Shown in pieces: positions 1 through 12,000 of a DNA stretch of 64,000 nucleotides (position 1 is the first letter of the stretch; each line of letters begins with the position of its first letter). Below the pieces are notes generated by a model that saw only the letters and a program-made list of their open reading frames with translations, made no database searches and was not told where the DNA came from. The position numbers were made by a program, and so were the translations under genes. This DNA is from an uncultured Myxococcales bacterium (GTDB taxonomy: Bacteria; Myxococcota; UBA4151): assembly GCA_964013405.1 (NCBI GenBank), contig CAXGWI010000001.1, forward strand, positions 1 to 64,000. The letters are read 5' to 3'.

Positions 1-3000
1 CCGAGGGTCATGTTTCCGAGGGCCCGATATTCCACCATGATGTCCACATCTCCCGGCAGACCGATGGTGCGCTTTGAGCGCAACCAACGGGTCAGGTGAT
101 AGTCAAAGCGCTGAACGAAGAGCGCTGTGGTCGAATGGGTCGCGCCGAGCAGGTCGTCGCTCTCAACGGCCAACTTCAGGGCTAGCTTGTCGGTAATCTG
201 CAAGAAGAAGGGCGTCTCGAAGACCGGTTCGATGCTCAGGAGGTTCTGCTCGCTCCACCACCCGCCGAGGCGTTTGTCGGCCCGACGCGTCAGGCGGAGC
301 AAGCCTCGATACCGATCCGTATACTGGGGCCGAAGGGCCACACCGACACTGAACTCCTCCGAGTGCTGCTCCCGTTGCCCATCGTTGAGATTGCGGACCA
401 CATTGAGGGCAAAGCGCCCCAACACCGCGAGGTCTGGTGAAATCTTCAGGCGCCCGCTGATCTCGTTAAAGTGGGTCAGTCGGTCTTGCAGGTGGGGCTC
501 GGTCGTCCCCGCGATCTCGCCGCCCTTCAGTCGAGCGCTAGGCACGTCGAACCGCAGCTCGCTGCGCGCCTTCAAGGAAATGCGATCCTTGCGCTTGTAG
601 CCCGCGGATACAGCCAGGGCGTCTCGAGACCCGGTCGCTGGGCCCAGCCCCCAACCGTTCATCCCGCTTTGCAGGAGGTTCGTGCCAGCTTCTGGGCCCG
701 TGGGCTGACCAATCATGTTGCTGGAACCGGCGGGCCGACCCGCCAGGTTGCGTGGATCGCTGCCTTCGTTGCCGGGCAGGAGTTGGGCCCCGGCGGAGGA
801 CGTGAGCGCTGCGCCGCCGGACAGAACCTGGGTCCGCTCATAGGCTAAGTTCACGTCGAGACCAGGCAATGGACGGTACATCCGGCGGGTTCCGATCACC
901 GCAGAAGCCCGCGGCTCGCCCACGGAATGATCCACCCGCAGCTCAGCCCGGTGCTGCTCCGTCTTGGTGGTCCGCTCCCGGGCTCCCACAACCGTCGAGT
1001 TAAAGAACTGCCCACTTTGCTGGGTGAAACGTTCTTGGATGTAATGGTCGATCCCCTTGGCCGGTCGGCGAACGATGCTCAACCTCGTTTGGTTGTCGCC
1101 ATTCCAACGCAACTCCTCCTCGCCTTCTAAACTGAAGCGCTTATCCAGGCGGTAGCGTACGCGGGCGGTGGTACCAAAGCGCCACCAGATATCGTCCTCG
1201 ACATTCGGGTCTGAGTTGAACCGTAGGTGCTCGCCCCCAAGGATGATCTTCTGGGCACCACCGGCACTCCACCGTGGGTTGATATGATAGAGACCGTCGC
1301 CAGCGAGAACACTGCTGTGGACGGAGCCCCATTGGTTGCCTGCATCGACGCCTAAGGGCGCATAATTCATGGAGTCACTGGTGTAGCCGTAGGCATACTC
1401 GCCACCGGCATCCCAGCGCTTGGTCTTGCGTTGGAAGCGAAGGGTCACCGCTTCCCGGTGAATGCGGCGGTATTCTCGCAGCGCCGGGTCCGGTAACTGC
1501 AACGGATCGTCCGCAGCAGCTTCAGCGACCAGGGAGTAGCTGCCGACATAACTCAGGGTCGTCGTGTCTAGCTTGTTGAGCTTATAAGCTGAGCGAAGCC
1601 CCCAACGGGTTTGCCCCTGATCCAAGGGACTTCCGCCCCCATAGTAGCCCGGCGTCGACTGCCGAACGTGGGCGTTGAACTGAAGGGCATCCTTTTCCTT
1701 CTTCCCGACCTTATCCCCCAGTTGACTGTGCCCTTCCAGGCGCCACGCGAGCCCAACACGGGGTGCGTCGGGCGAGGGATAAACGATGCCCCTGGTCTCC
1801 ACCGGCGGATGGTCGAGTTGCTCACCCAAGCCGTGGAAGCTGGTTCCACCATCGGTGGAGGCATAATGCTCACCATCGAGGGCCCGGCTGTACGCGAACT
1901 CGCCACTCACACCATGGTGCTGCTTGTGGCTCCATTGGCCAAACAAGCCCACCGCTTGGAACGCTGAACTACCATCTTCCCGGCCTTCATAATGATAGGA
2001 CAACCCACCCTTGAGACCGAGCTTCTTGTTGCCGCCATCGATCCGACCGCCGGCAGCCAGACTGCCGTAGTTGGCGTTACCCCGGTAGGTGTAGTCCACT
2101 TCAAGATAGACCGGATGACCGCCGAGGTCGCCGGTAGACACGCCCAAGTCCGAAGCAAATCCCAGCCCGGCCGTTGCGGGCAGCGGTTGATCCAAAATAA
2201 TCAGGCCTTCGACCGCATCGACTCGGTAATCCTTGCCCCGAATCAACAGCCGCTCGGCCAAGGAGAGTCCGGTCATTTGCTCACGGACAATCATGCGGAC
2301 TCGTTCGCTACCGGCGAGGAGGTCACCGTGCCGCAAGCGATAAAATGAACCGCCGGTCCCGACAAAGAGATTGCTCGCGGCCCGGAGGCCCTGAGCAGTT
2401 GTAGACGCATACATTCCAGCCTCCACACGCCGCGCCTCCTTCTTCGGCCCCGTGCTGCGGGCGTAGAGCCCATCGAAACCGTAGAAACTGCGCTGGTAGT
2501 TCAGAAGCTTGCGACCGGGCTGCTTGGTCTTGAAATTAGCGATTTTGAGATAGCTGTCGTCGGCCACAACACTCAGATAGAGGGGGCCGGCTGCTTTCAC
2601 CTCCTGGACCTCTTTGGCGTCGTCGCCATACTCCCGGGCCTGACGACCATCATCCCAGAGGCGCTCATATTCCAAGAAGCCCCAGCGGTCGCTGTCGACG
2701 TAAGTGGAGAGATCCAAGCGACGGAAGTGACTGGTCTTGGGGAAGGTCCAACTGCGCTTGTACCAAGCCATGGTCCGGGCGGTCAGCCGTCCCCACCGGC
2801 CCATATCGAGGGTACGATCGCCCCGAGCACCGGCCAGGGGTACAGAGGGGGTCCCGTAAGCGAGATCCGCCAGCCCCATGAGGAACCAGCCATGGGGCTC
2901 GATGCGTACCTTCCGACTCAAGCGGGCCCGACTGCCCCCCGCGTCCTCGGCCACGACCTCGATCTCCTGATCACCCGGTTTCATGTTCAGGTTGATGCCG

Positions 3001-6000
3001 AACGCGCCTGTGAGCGGATGGACCGTCGCTGCTTTGCCATTCACGGTCACCTTCACGTTGGGAAGGGTCCGCCCAAAGACACCGATACTGGTGTGTCGAT
3101 GGATCGTCCCGGCCGGTGGGAGTGCGACGAGCAGACTGGCCGCGTCCGTTGCGAGCATGTCCTGGGCCGAGCCCTCTAAGACAGGAAGAACGGGGTACAT
3201 CGGCTCCACAGCGGGCGATGCGAGCGTCTCTGAACGAAGGGGATAAACCGCGGAGCGACCACTTCCATCTTCGAGGCGGAGGACGATCTTACCACTCTTG
3301 CCCGGGAGCAGGCGGCCCTCAACGCTACCCTCCTCATCCGCGACGAGGTCACCCCCGGGGGCCCGAGCAACGGCCATGCCCAAGGGCAAATCGGGCAGTG
3401 CTTCGATTTGCTCGGGCGAAAGTCGTAACTCAACGCGACGGTTTTTGGCGTGCTCGGAGGCCTTGCGCGCTTTCAAAATGAGTCGATCGCTGTTGCCCTG
3501 GGCTTTCACCATGATGCGACCCGGCTCAATGCCGCCCCTTACCAACTCCTGCCGAATCGACTCGGCCATGGACTTCGTCACCCCTTCGGCCTTCGTTGCC
3601 CGAACGGTGAGGTCCGTGTGCCCAAACACGGTCACGTTACCTTGGAGTACTTTGGAGAGTGCGATGAAGCGCTCTAGGTCCCGCCGAGCATCTGGGCTGA
3701 GTTTCAACTTACCCAACTTGCCCTTGCGAGAAGGCTTGCCAAAAGGATCAGGCAACACGACCCGGAAGTCGCCTTCTGGTCGATACACTCGGAAGAAGCT
3801 GGGTGCAGAGATCGCCGTATGACCCCCTTTACCGCGGAGGATCAGCTGCAGACCATAGATGCCTTCACGCAAGATGAAGACACTGCCTCCGCCCACCCCA
3901 TTCCAGGGCAAGACCTTAGGTACCGGGCCCACGCCCTTGAGCGCGTGGATCACGACGGCTTCGTCCAGGCCTTTATCAAAGCCGACGTCGCTCGCCTGCC
4001 GAATCCGAAGCTCCCATGACTCCGGCGCATAACCGGTGGTCACGCCCACACAAATCCCTGGGCAGGCAATACTGCCGTCGGCGTTCTTGATGGGCTCAAG
4101 TCCTGTACCATCAGCGTTGAGCTTCACAGCCCGGACGAGGGGACGAATTCGCACGGAAAGCAGATCGAGGTCTAACTCCTTGGCGCCGACTTTCAGGCTA
4201 CGGTCCAAGCCCCGCAGGCGACCACTCACGGCCAAGCCGTCGAGACCGCGGGCTCGCTGAGGCAGGACCTCAAGACCATCGAGATGGCGACGGCGAGCAA
4301 CCCGAATGCGACCACCCCGTTCCGTGATCAAATCCATCACCGCCTGGTCGCCAACCCCAAGTTCCAAGGACCCCTCGAAGCGACCTTCAGCATTGCGGGC
4401 CATCTCCCGACCATTGATCAGTAACTGAGGCACGACCTCGACACCCAAGTCGACGGGCTCGGCAGCGGAACGCACCCGCTTGAATCGGATCTCTACCCGT
4501 CGATTCTTCCGCATCATGGCTTTGGTCCGGTTGGGGACCACCTTGCGCTTTGCCCCCATGCTCCGAACCCGGAAGCGTTTCGTGGCGATTCCCGCAGCGA
4601 GTAACATGCCCTTGATGGTCTGAGCCCGGCGGGCTGTGTAGACCGTGGCCTTCACCCTGCCCTTGGCCGCCTGACCATGGACTTGAATCTCGACCACCAG
4701 TTCCGGATCCCCTTGAAGTCGAGAAACACGGTCCTGGAACCAACCTCGAAAGCGGGGCGTTGGCGTTGCGCCATCATCTACAAAGAGGCGACCATTGGAC
4801 TCATCAAGCACACTGGGGCGCCGCTTGCGGGGTGGCTCCATGCCGATACCAAGCCCAACGGGCAAGAGTCGGGAACTGGCCCGATCACCGCCAACGGCCT
4901 CCACCTCCAACCAAGCCTGGTACATCTGGTTTCTCTTTAAGCCGTCCGGGAGGTCGACGACCAACTTCGCTGGGGGTGCGCCGTCACCGCTCTTCTCGAG
5001 CACCGTCCGACCGGTCTCCGTTTGAAGCCGCCACGTCCAACGAGCCATCGGCAGGGGCCCGCTGGCCCGGGCATAAAGGTGCAGTGTCGTCTCGTGGAAG
5101 CCGAGATTGGGCCCCGTCGTGCGCATCATATCGACATCTTCGGCCGGCCCGAAAACACCGGCCCTGACTTGGGGGACCTCAAGAACCCGCTCCTGAACCA
5201 TGAGAACCCCTTCGGCCGGGTCAGCGACGACCGCAAGGGGCGGGATCGTCATCGGCGGCGGAGGTGCACGCCGCACATCGGCCATCGGATTACGGGCCAG
5301 TTCCTCTGGGCCATGTAACTTGAGATCGCAGGCCAGGGGGAAGTCGACGGCGATGGGCAGGCCAGGGGTCAGTTCAAAGGTTCGCCCTGGATCGGCGATG
5401 CTCGCCCCAGCAGGAAGGCTCCGTTCGTCGATCTTCACCCGGTGTATGCCGGGCCCCAAGCGGCTGAAGTGGTAACGACCGTAACCGTCGGTTTCCACCC
5501 AAACACCGTGATCGGCGTAGAGCCTGATACCCGGCACACCCAGTTCTCGGGCGTCGAAACGGCCGTTACCATCGGCATCGCAATAGGCCCGACCGATCAA
5601 GGTGCTCTCCTCAAGGAAGGCATCGGGCACAAGTTCGATCTGGGCATGGGCGAGATCGGCCAGCGGCACCGCACTGCTTCGGGTCAGTAGGCGGTTGCTC
5701 GAATCGCTGGGCCCGAGCGGGGCGCCGGGCAGAACCGTCGCCCGATAGGTCCACGTCAACCGTTCACCGGGCAAAAGCACCCAGTCCGTCAACTCTCGGA
5801 TGCCACCGGTCAGCGTCGCAACCGGGGCACTCAGGCGCCGGTCGCTGCCGTCCACGCCATGGATCACCAAGGCTTCGCCGCCGACGGGGGCGAGGCTTGG
5901 CGGTAAAATATCCAGGAGTCGAGGGCCGCCATCTAGATTGGGGTCGATGGCTGTCGACGATCCGTTGCTGACCTCCACCATGAAGGTGACGATGTCGCCG

Positions 6001-9000
6001 GTGCTCGCCCGACGTCGGTCGGGGCGACGGGTCACTTTGATGCGCTTGCTGATCGGGTCGAGGGGGACATGGTTGTTGAACACGGCATCGTCAGCCCCCT
6101 CGATGAGGAAGCGCAGGAAATAGGGCACCGGGTCTAATGGGACATCGCCATCATCCCAGCGACAGTTGCCGGGCCCCTCGCAGCCGGCCGGCCGGTCTGC
6201 ACTCGCCACCTCCTGGTCGTCGTAGGGAACGGGACTGGAAATCACCATCCGCCCTGGAATCGTCGGATGGGGCGGGAAGCGGTCTGCCTCCGGGGATGAC
6301 ATGTGACTAAAGGTACCAAAGGGCCGCGAAGGACTCCCACCCTCCGGCAAGCGCTCACGACTGGGGAAGCTAAGGAATCCATTCGGCGGCTGAACCGCCA
6401 ATCGGTATTCGAGCTTGGGGTCCCGCAGATCAAAGCGATAAAATCCGTCCGCGCCGGTCACCTGATGTTGCTGACCAGCGAGGAGGTCCTCTTCGAAGAC
6501 GGGAGCGCCGCTGATATCGTAGAGAAGGGAGACCGTCGCCCCGGCGACCGGACGACCTGTCACCGAATCGTAAAGCACTCCACTGGGATCGATGAGACAG
6601 TCTTCTGCCCGGAGCTCCCCGTCGGTGAGCCCATCGAGCTGTCGCTCTAGGAATGTCGTTCCCTGGGGGTTGAGCACCTCCAACATGGCCGTCGCCCCCG
6701 GCACACCGTCGACTCGATAGCGACCCTCCTCATCCGTCTCGGTCTCCACCAAGCCACCGGACTCTGTCAGGCTTCGAACGCGGACGGTCCAACCCTCTAA
6801 GGCTGCGAGACGGGAGGCGACTTGCCCTTGCACCGACGCGCCCGGAGGAATCTCACCCACCACCAACTCGGCCGGGCCCACCTCAATGGGCGCGCCGCCG
6901 GCTAACACAAGGGCCGTATTGCTGATCGCCGTCCCTGCGGGAAGGTCATCATCCAGTTGCACTTCAAACCGAATGCTGACGGTCTGGCCAGCCGGTATGG
7001 TCAGAAGGTCCCGACTCGTGAGCTCCCCATCGAGATGACTCAATAGGCCCTCAGGCTCAGCACTCGACTCGACGTAGGTCGTGCCCTCGGGGAGGGGGTC
7101 GATCAGTTGCCCCGGCGCCAGGAGAGCCTCTTGGCCCCCCGTATTGGTTAACTGCAATTCATAACGAATGCGGTCCCCTGGCTCCAAACGACCACCGTTC
7201 ACATCAACCGCCCGCTTCTCCGAACTGGACAGATCAAACGGCGCCTGACCCACCGTGAGCACCGTTGGGTTTTGTCCCGGCTGGGTGGGGTCGCCATCGG
7301 AGCGTCCCTCGACGCCGTCCACGGCGAAGGTTGCCTGATTCTCAACGGTACCCCCGAGCGAGGTCACCCGTGTTCGGAAGGTCAGCACCGCTCGACGGAT
7401 GTCCGCGTCGATGTCGGACTGAACGAGGATGGTTCCACCCGTCACGCTGGCCGGATCAAAATCAACGGCGTCGGTCAGGGCCTGCCCATCGAGGGAGAGC
7501 GATTCTGTGACGTATTCGACACCGGCGGGCAAAACATCCTCAAGGCGTAGGACTGCCCCACCATTCAAAGTACTCAACAACTCCAAGGTCCACGTAACCT
7601 CGTCGCCCAGAACGGCCTCGGTCGGTGACACTGTTTTCACGACCTGAATCGTGCCGGAGCGACCCACTTCAACCACCGTCGCCTGGGGACCACCAGGCAA
7701 GCGCGGATCATCGGACAAGAGGACTTGGCCCAGATCATCGTGTTGCAGCCCGGCCTGATTGGCGATCTGGTCACCGGCCGCTGCACCCCCATCCACCGTG
7801 GCTTCAAAGGTGAGCGTCCAGATCTCGCCGGCGGCCAGCGTCCCTGGTAGGAGGACGCCGTTGGCCGTGAAGAGTTGAGCCTCCCCGTCCGCAGGAAGCA
7901 CCCCGCCGTCGAAGACCAAACTCCCCGCAACCAACTGAAGTTTCCCATCGAGGAGATCGGAGAGGGTCAGTTCGGAGACAGGCTCGGTGCCACGGTTGTT
8001 CACGAACAGCTGGTAACGGAGCGTATCGCCAGCCTCTACATTACCACCGTTCACATCCTCGACCGTCTTCTCGAGCCAAAGATCGAAGGGGGCCGCCTCG
8101 ACGGTCAGTAGGGTCTCGTCCTGCTGCCCTGGCTGATCAGGGTCATCGCTGAGCCGGAGTTCTGGCCCCAGGGTCAATCCAGCCTGATTCGTGATCTCCT
8201 GGGGGGCCGAGTCCAGAATGCGCGTAACGATCACCATCTCATGGCGCTCGCCCGGTGCCAGGGAGATCGCCGCCGATGCGACCCCACCGCCAAAGACCCC
8301 GCCCTCCACGGAATCCACAGCCAACGCAGTACTTATGGAGTCCTCTAACAAGGCGTCTTGCAGCGGGCCATCCCCTTGATTCTCGACCAGGACCGTCCAC
8401 GTCACCCGGTCGCCACGCTGGGCTGCCCTCGGCTCCACGGTCTTGGTGACGACGGGGTCGGGCTGGGGTGCCCTGCCGACGATGACGATGGTGGGGTTCG
8501 ACTCCCCGTTGTCTGGATCACCGTCATCGGAAAGCGTGACCTCGTTAGCCAGGCGGGCGCTGCCCTGATTGGAGATCTCGGTGCCTTCCGCTAGAAGGCC
8601 GGCGACGGTCGCTGAGAAACGCAGGTTAACGGTTTCGCCCGCGGCGAGCTCGGAGATATTCCATGTCAGTTGCTGACCATCCACCAGGCCGCCGCTACCG
8701 GCTTCCGGCGTCGGCTCATTCAATTCAACAGGGACATTATCGACCACCGTGACATTGCGCGCGATCACCTGCCCCGTATTGCTGAGGGCCAATGCGTAGG
8801 TGAGATTGGCACCGGGCAAGATCCGATCCTCGGGACCGAGGGCTTGGCCGTCCAATCCGAGGGCCGTCTTCACGAGGCGAACCCCCTCTTCGGCGGTGAT
8901 GGTGAAGACTGTGGGGTCGGCATCGCCCGGCAGCGTGGGGTCGTCGCTGACCTGAGCATCCTCTGCACCCAATGCTCGCAACAGCGCGACGTTGGAGACT

Positions 9001-12000
9001 TCCGTGCCGTCCGGGGCCGGTGCGATCACCGCTGTGAAGGCCAAATCGACGCTGCGCCCGTGTTCGATCAGGGGCAACGTGCCCTCAAGCAAACCATCCC
9101 GGACCACAGCCCAATCATTCAGGACTTCCACGTCGACCAGATGCTCGCTCAATGGGTCCGTAATCTCCACCTGACGGGCGTCGACTGAGCCCAGGTTACG
9201 GACGGTCAGCGTGTAACGAACCGTTTCGCCAATGCGGAAGACACCATCTTCGACGTCCTCGGTGACCTGCTTGGTAAAGGCGAGTTCAGGACTACCGCCA
9301 ACGATGAACTCCGTGGGATCATCCGCGGCAGCCGTGTCTGGGTCGTTACTGAGAACGGCCTCGGGCAAGGTCTGCCCAACGACCCGCGCCTGGTTCGCCA
9401 CCACATCACCATTGATCGCCCGGGGGTCGATGGTTGCGGTCACACTCAATAGGACCTCGTCGCCCGGATTCATGGCGGCGAGAGCCGGCACCTGAGCCTG
9501 GGTCCAAGTGACCGTCCGCCCCTGGATCTGACCATTGAGAGAGGCGGAGGTAATGGTCAGACTGTCGGGCACCGTATCGCTGACCTCAAGCCCTAGGGCC
9601 CGTTGGCTGCCACCGCTACGGAGGCGCAGGGTATAAGTCACCGCCGTGCCCGGCGCATAGGCACCATCGCCCACCGCTTCATCGACTTTCTCCACGAGTA
9701 AAGTCGTTTCCGACTCGACGATGAAGCGAGTCGGATCATCGGGGAGATCGGTGGCGGGATCGTTGGACAAGACCGCTGGGGCGTCCTGCGAGATCAAGCG
9801 AGCTTGGTTCTCGATCTCCCGTCCATCTTCCATGGGCGAAGCGAGACGGGCGATGAACTCAACCTCGATGCTTTGTCCCGGGCCGAGGGAGCCGAAGGCG
9901 GGATTCGCAGCCTCGTTCCACGTGATCACGCCATCGGCCAACTGACCGCCACCGTTGGCGTTTGCATTCAAGAGGCCATCGGGGATCGGGTCGGTCAGGA
10001 CCAGGTTACGTACAAGCACCTCGCCTTCATTGCGAATGGTGAGTGCGTAACGAACCACGTCGCCGGGGCGATAATCACCGCCGTTCAGGTCTTCGACCGC
10101 CTTGTCCACAGCCAGGAGTCCCGGCGCATCGATGGTCAACTCCAGCGTTTCACTGTTGGTCAACGGGATATTGGCGCCCGAGAGCTGGGCTGTCAGCGTG
10201 ATGGTCGTTCCGATGGCCCGCTCGGGCCGGGTGCGCACCCGCAACGTGACAACCCGTGTCTCACCAGCGGCGAGATCCCCTAGGCCACTCCACACCACCC
10301 GGTTGCCTTGCAGTTGCCCACCATCTCCGGCGGCAATGAACTCTACATCGTCGTCCAGCGGCAACGAAACCCCCACCTGCTGGGCGTTGGCGCCACCGAC
10401 GTTCTCCAGGGTCAGGGTCAGGGCCAGTTCATCCTCGCTACCCAAGGGTGCCCCGTCGACATCCTCGGCGGCCCACTGGCCTGCAAGTAGACCACCCCGG
10501 GCCACGACCAAGGTGTTCGCAGCGATAGAGAGGTCGTCCTGATCCTCCCGAGCCAAGTAGGCGATGTTTCGTAACTCAGTGCCATCGGGCACATCTTGGA
10601 GCACGGTGGAAAAACTGACTGTGCGTGTTTGGCCCGGAGGCACATTACCCGTCACCGTCAGCACTCCATCTGCCGAACAATCAGCCTGCAACCCCGGTCC
10701 AGTACCACGAAGCAGACAACTGTCCGCAGCAACCGCCGGTACAGGATCAGACAAGCTCACGCTGCCCGGCCGGTTACCCGTATTGGTCAGACTGATCTCC
10801 CAGTTCAGGACGGCCCCGGGCACAACCGCTCCACCACCCTCCACCGCCACGGTCTTCGTGGAGGTGGTAAAGTCCTCGCCATTGACGATCACAAAGGTGG
10901 TGCCATCGAGCGGCGCAGGCGTGTCCGGATCATCGGTGAGGCTCGGTGCACCGAGAAAGTCCGCAGTGAGCTCCGCTTGGTTGGTGACCACCGTGCCACC
11001 GGGTAGTTCCGCAATCACCGCATAGATGAGCAATGGTGTCACACTGCGACCTTCAACAGCGACATCGGTCCAAGTCAGCGTGCCGGTGGCCCCATCGAAG
11101 TTCGTCGGTGCAGGATTTGCGAAAGAGAAGGTCAGACCGGGGGGAAGTTGGTCCGTCACCGTGATCCCCGAGGCGTTGGTCTGCCCATCGTTCACGACCT
11201 CGATGGTGTACTCGATCATCTGTCCGGGCTGGTAGGCGCCGCCAGCCGGGTTTCTGACACGCTTTAGGGGCGTGCCCAACTCGGGGCCAAGAATCCGAGT
11301 CTCCGCCGTGTTCGTGTTGAAGGCGGCCTGTTCGGCACTCGCGATGTTTGCGGTGTTACGAATCCGGTCACCGGGGCGCGCATCGCCGTCGACCGTGACC
11401 TCAAAGCTAATCACGCAGCGGGCGAGTCCCGGGGGTTGAAAGGGCAGATTGGCGATGGTCAGACCGGTTTCAAGTCGAGTCGTCCCCCCCACGTCGCTTG
11501 CATCTGCACCACAGTCCGTTCGAGTGGTCCCAGCCCGGTAGGTGGTCCCCGTGGGCACGATGTCTCGAATCACCAGGTTGGTCGCATCGGCCGAGCCGTC
11601 GTTGACCACCTCAATGCGATAGAGGAGCGTTTGGCCAGGACCTGCCTCGGTAGGAAAGACGCTCTTGCGGGTCTGCGGATTGTTGAGATCGGGCGCATAG
11701 GTATCAAGGCTCAAGGCAGACCAACCGAGAAAGACCAACTCGCCACCACCCGTTGCGCCGCCGGCTCGACCATCACCAGTACCGGCTCTCAGGCGAGCCG
11801 ACTGGTCGTTTTCGCGGATAATCTGGAGGCCTGATGCGCCGATATCATAGGTGTCGAGGTCAACACCGGGACTCGCACCGCCGGGCGTTGAACCGTTCCA
11901 CAAGTTCCCCACTGGGTTCCCACCATTAAACAACTGAACCGGCGCTCGGTTACCGACCGTCATCTCGATGAAGTCAGGACAGACATCACAGAAGAGGGGC

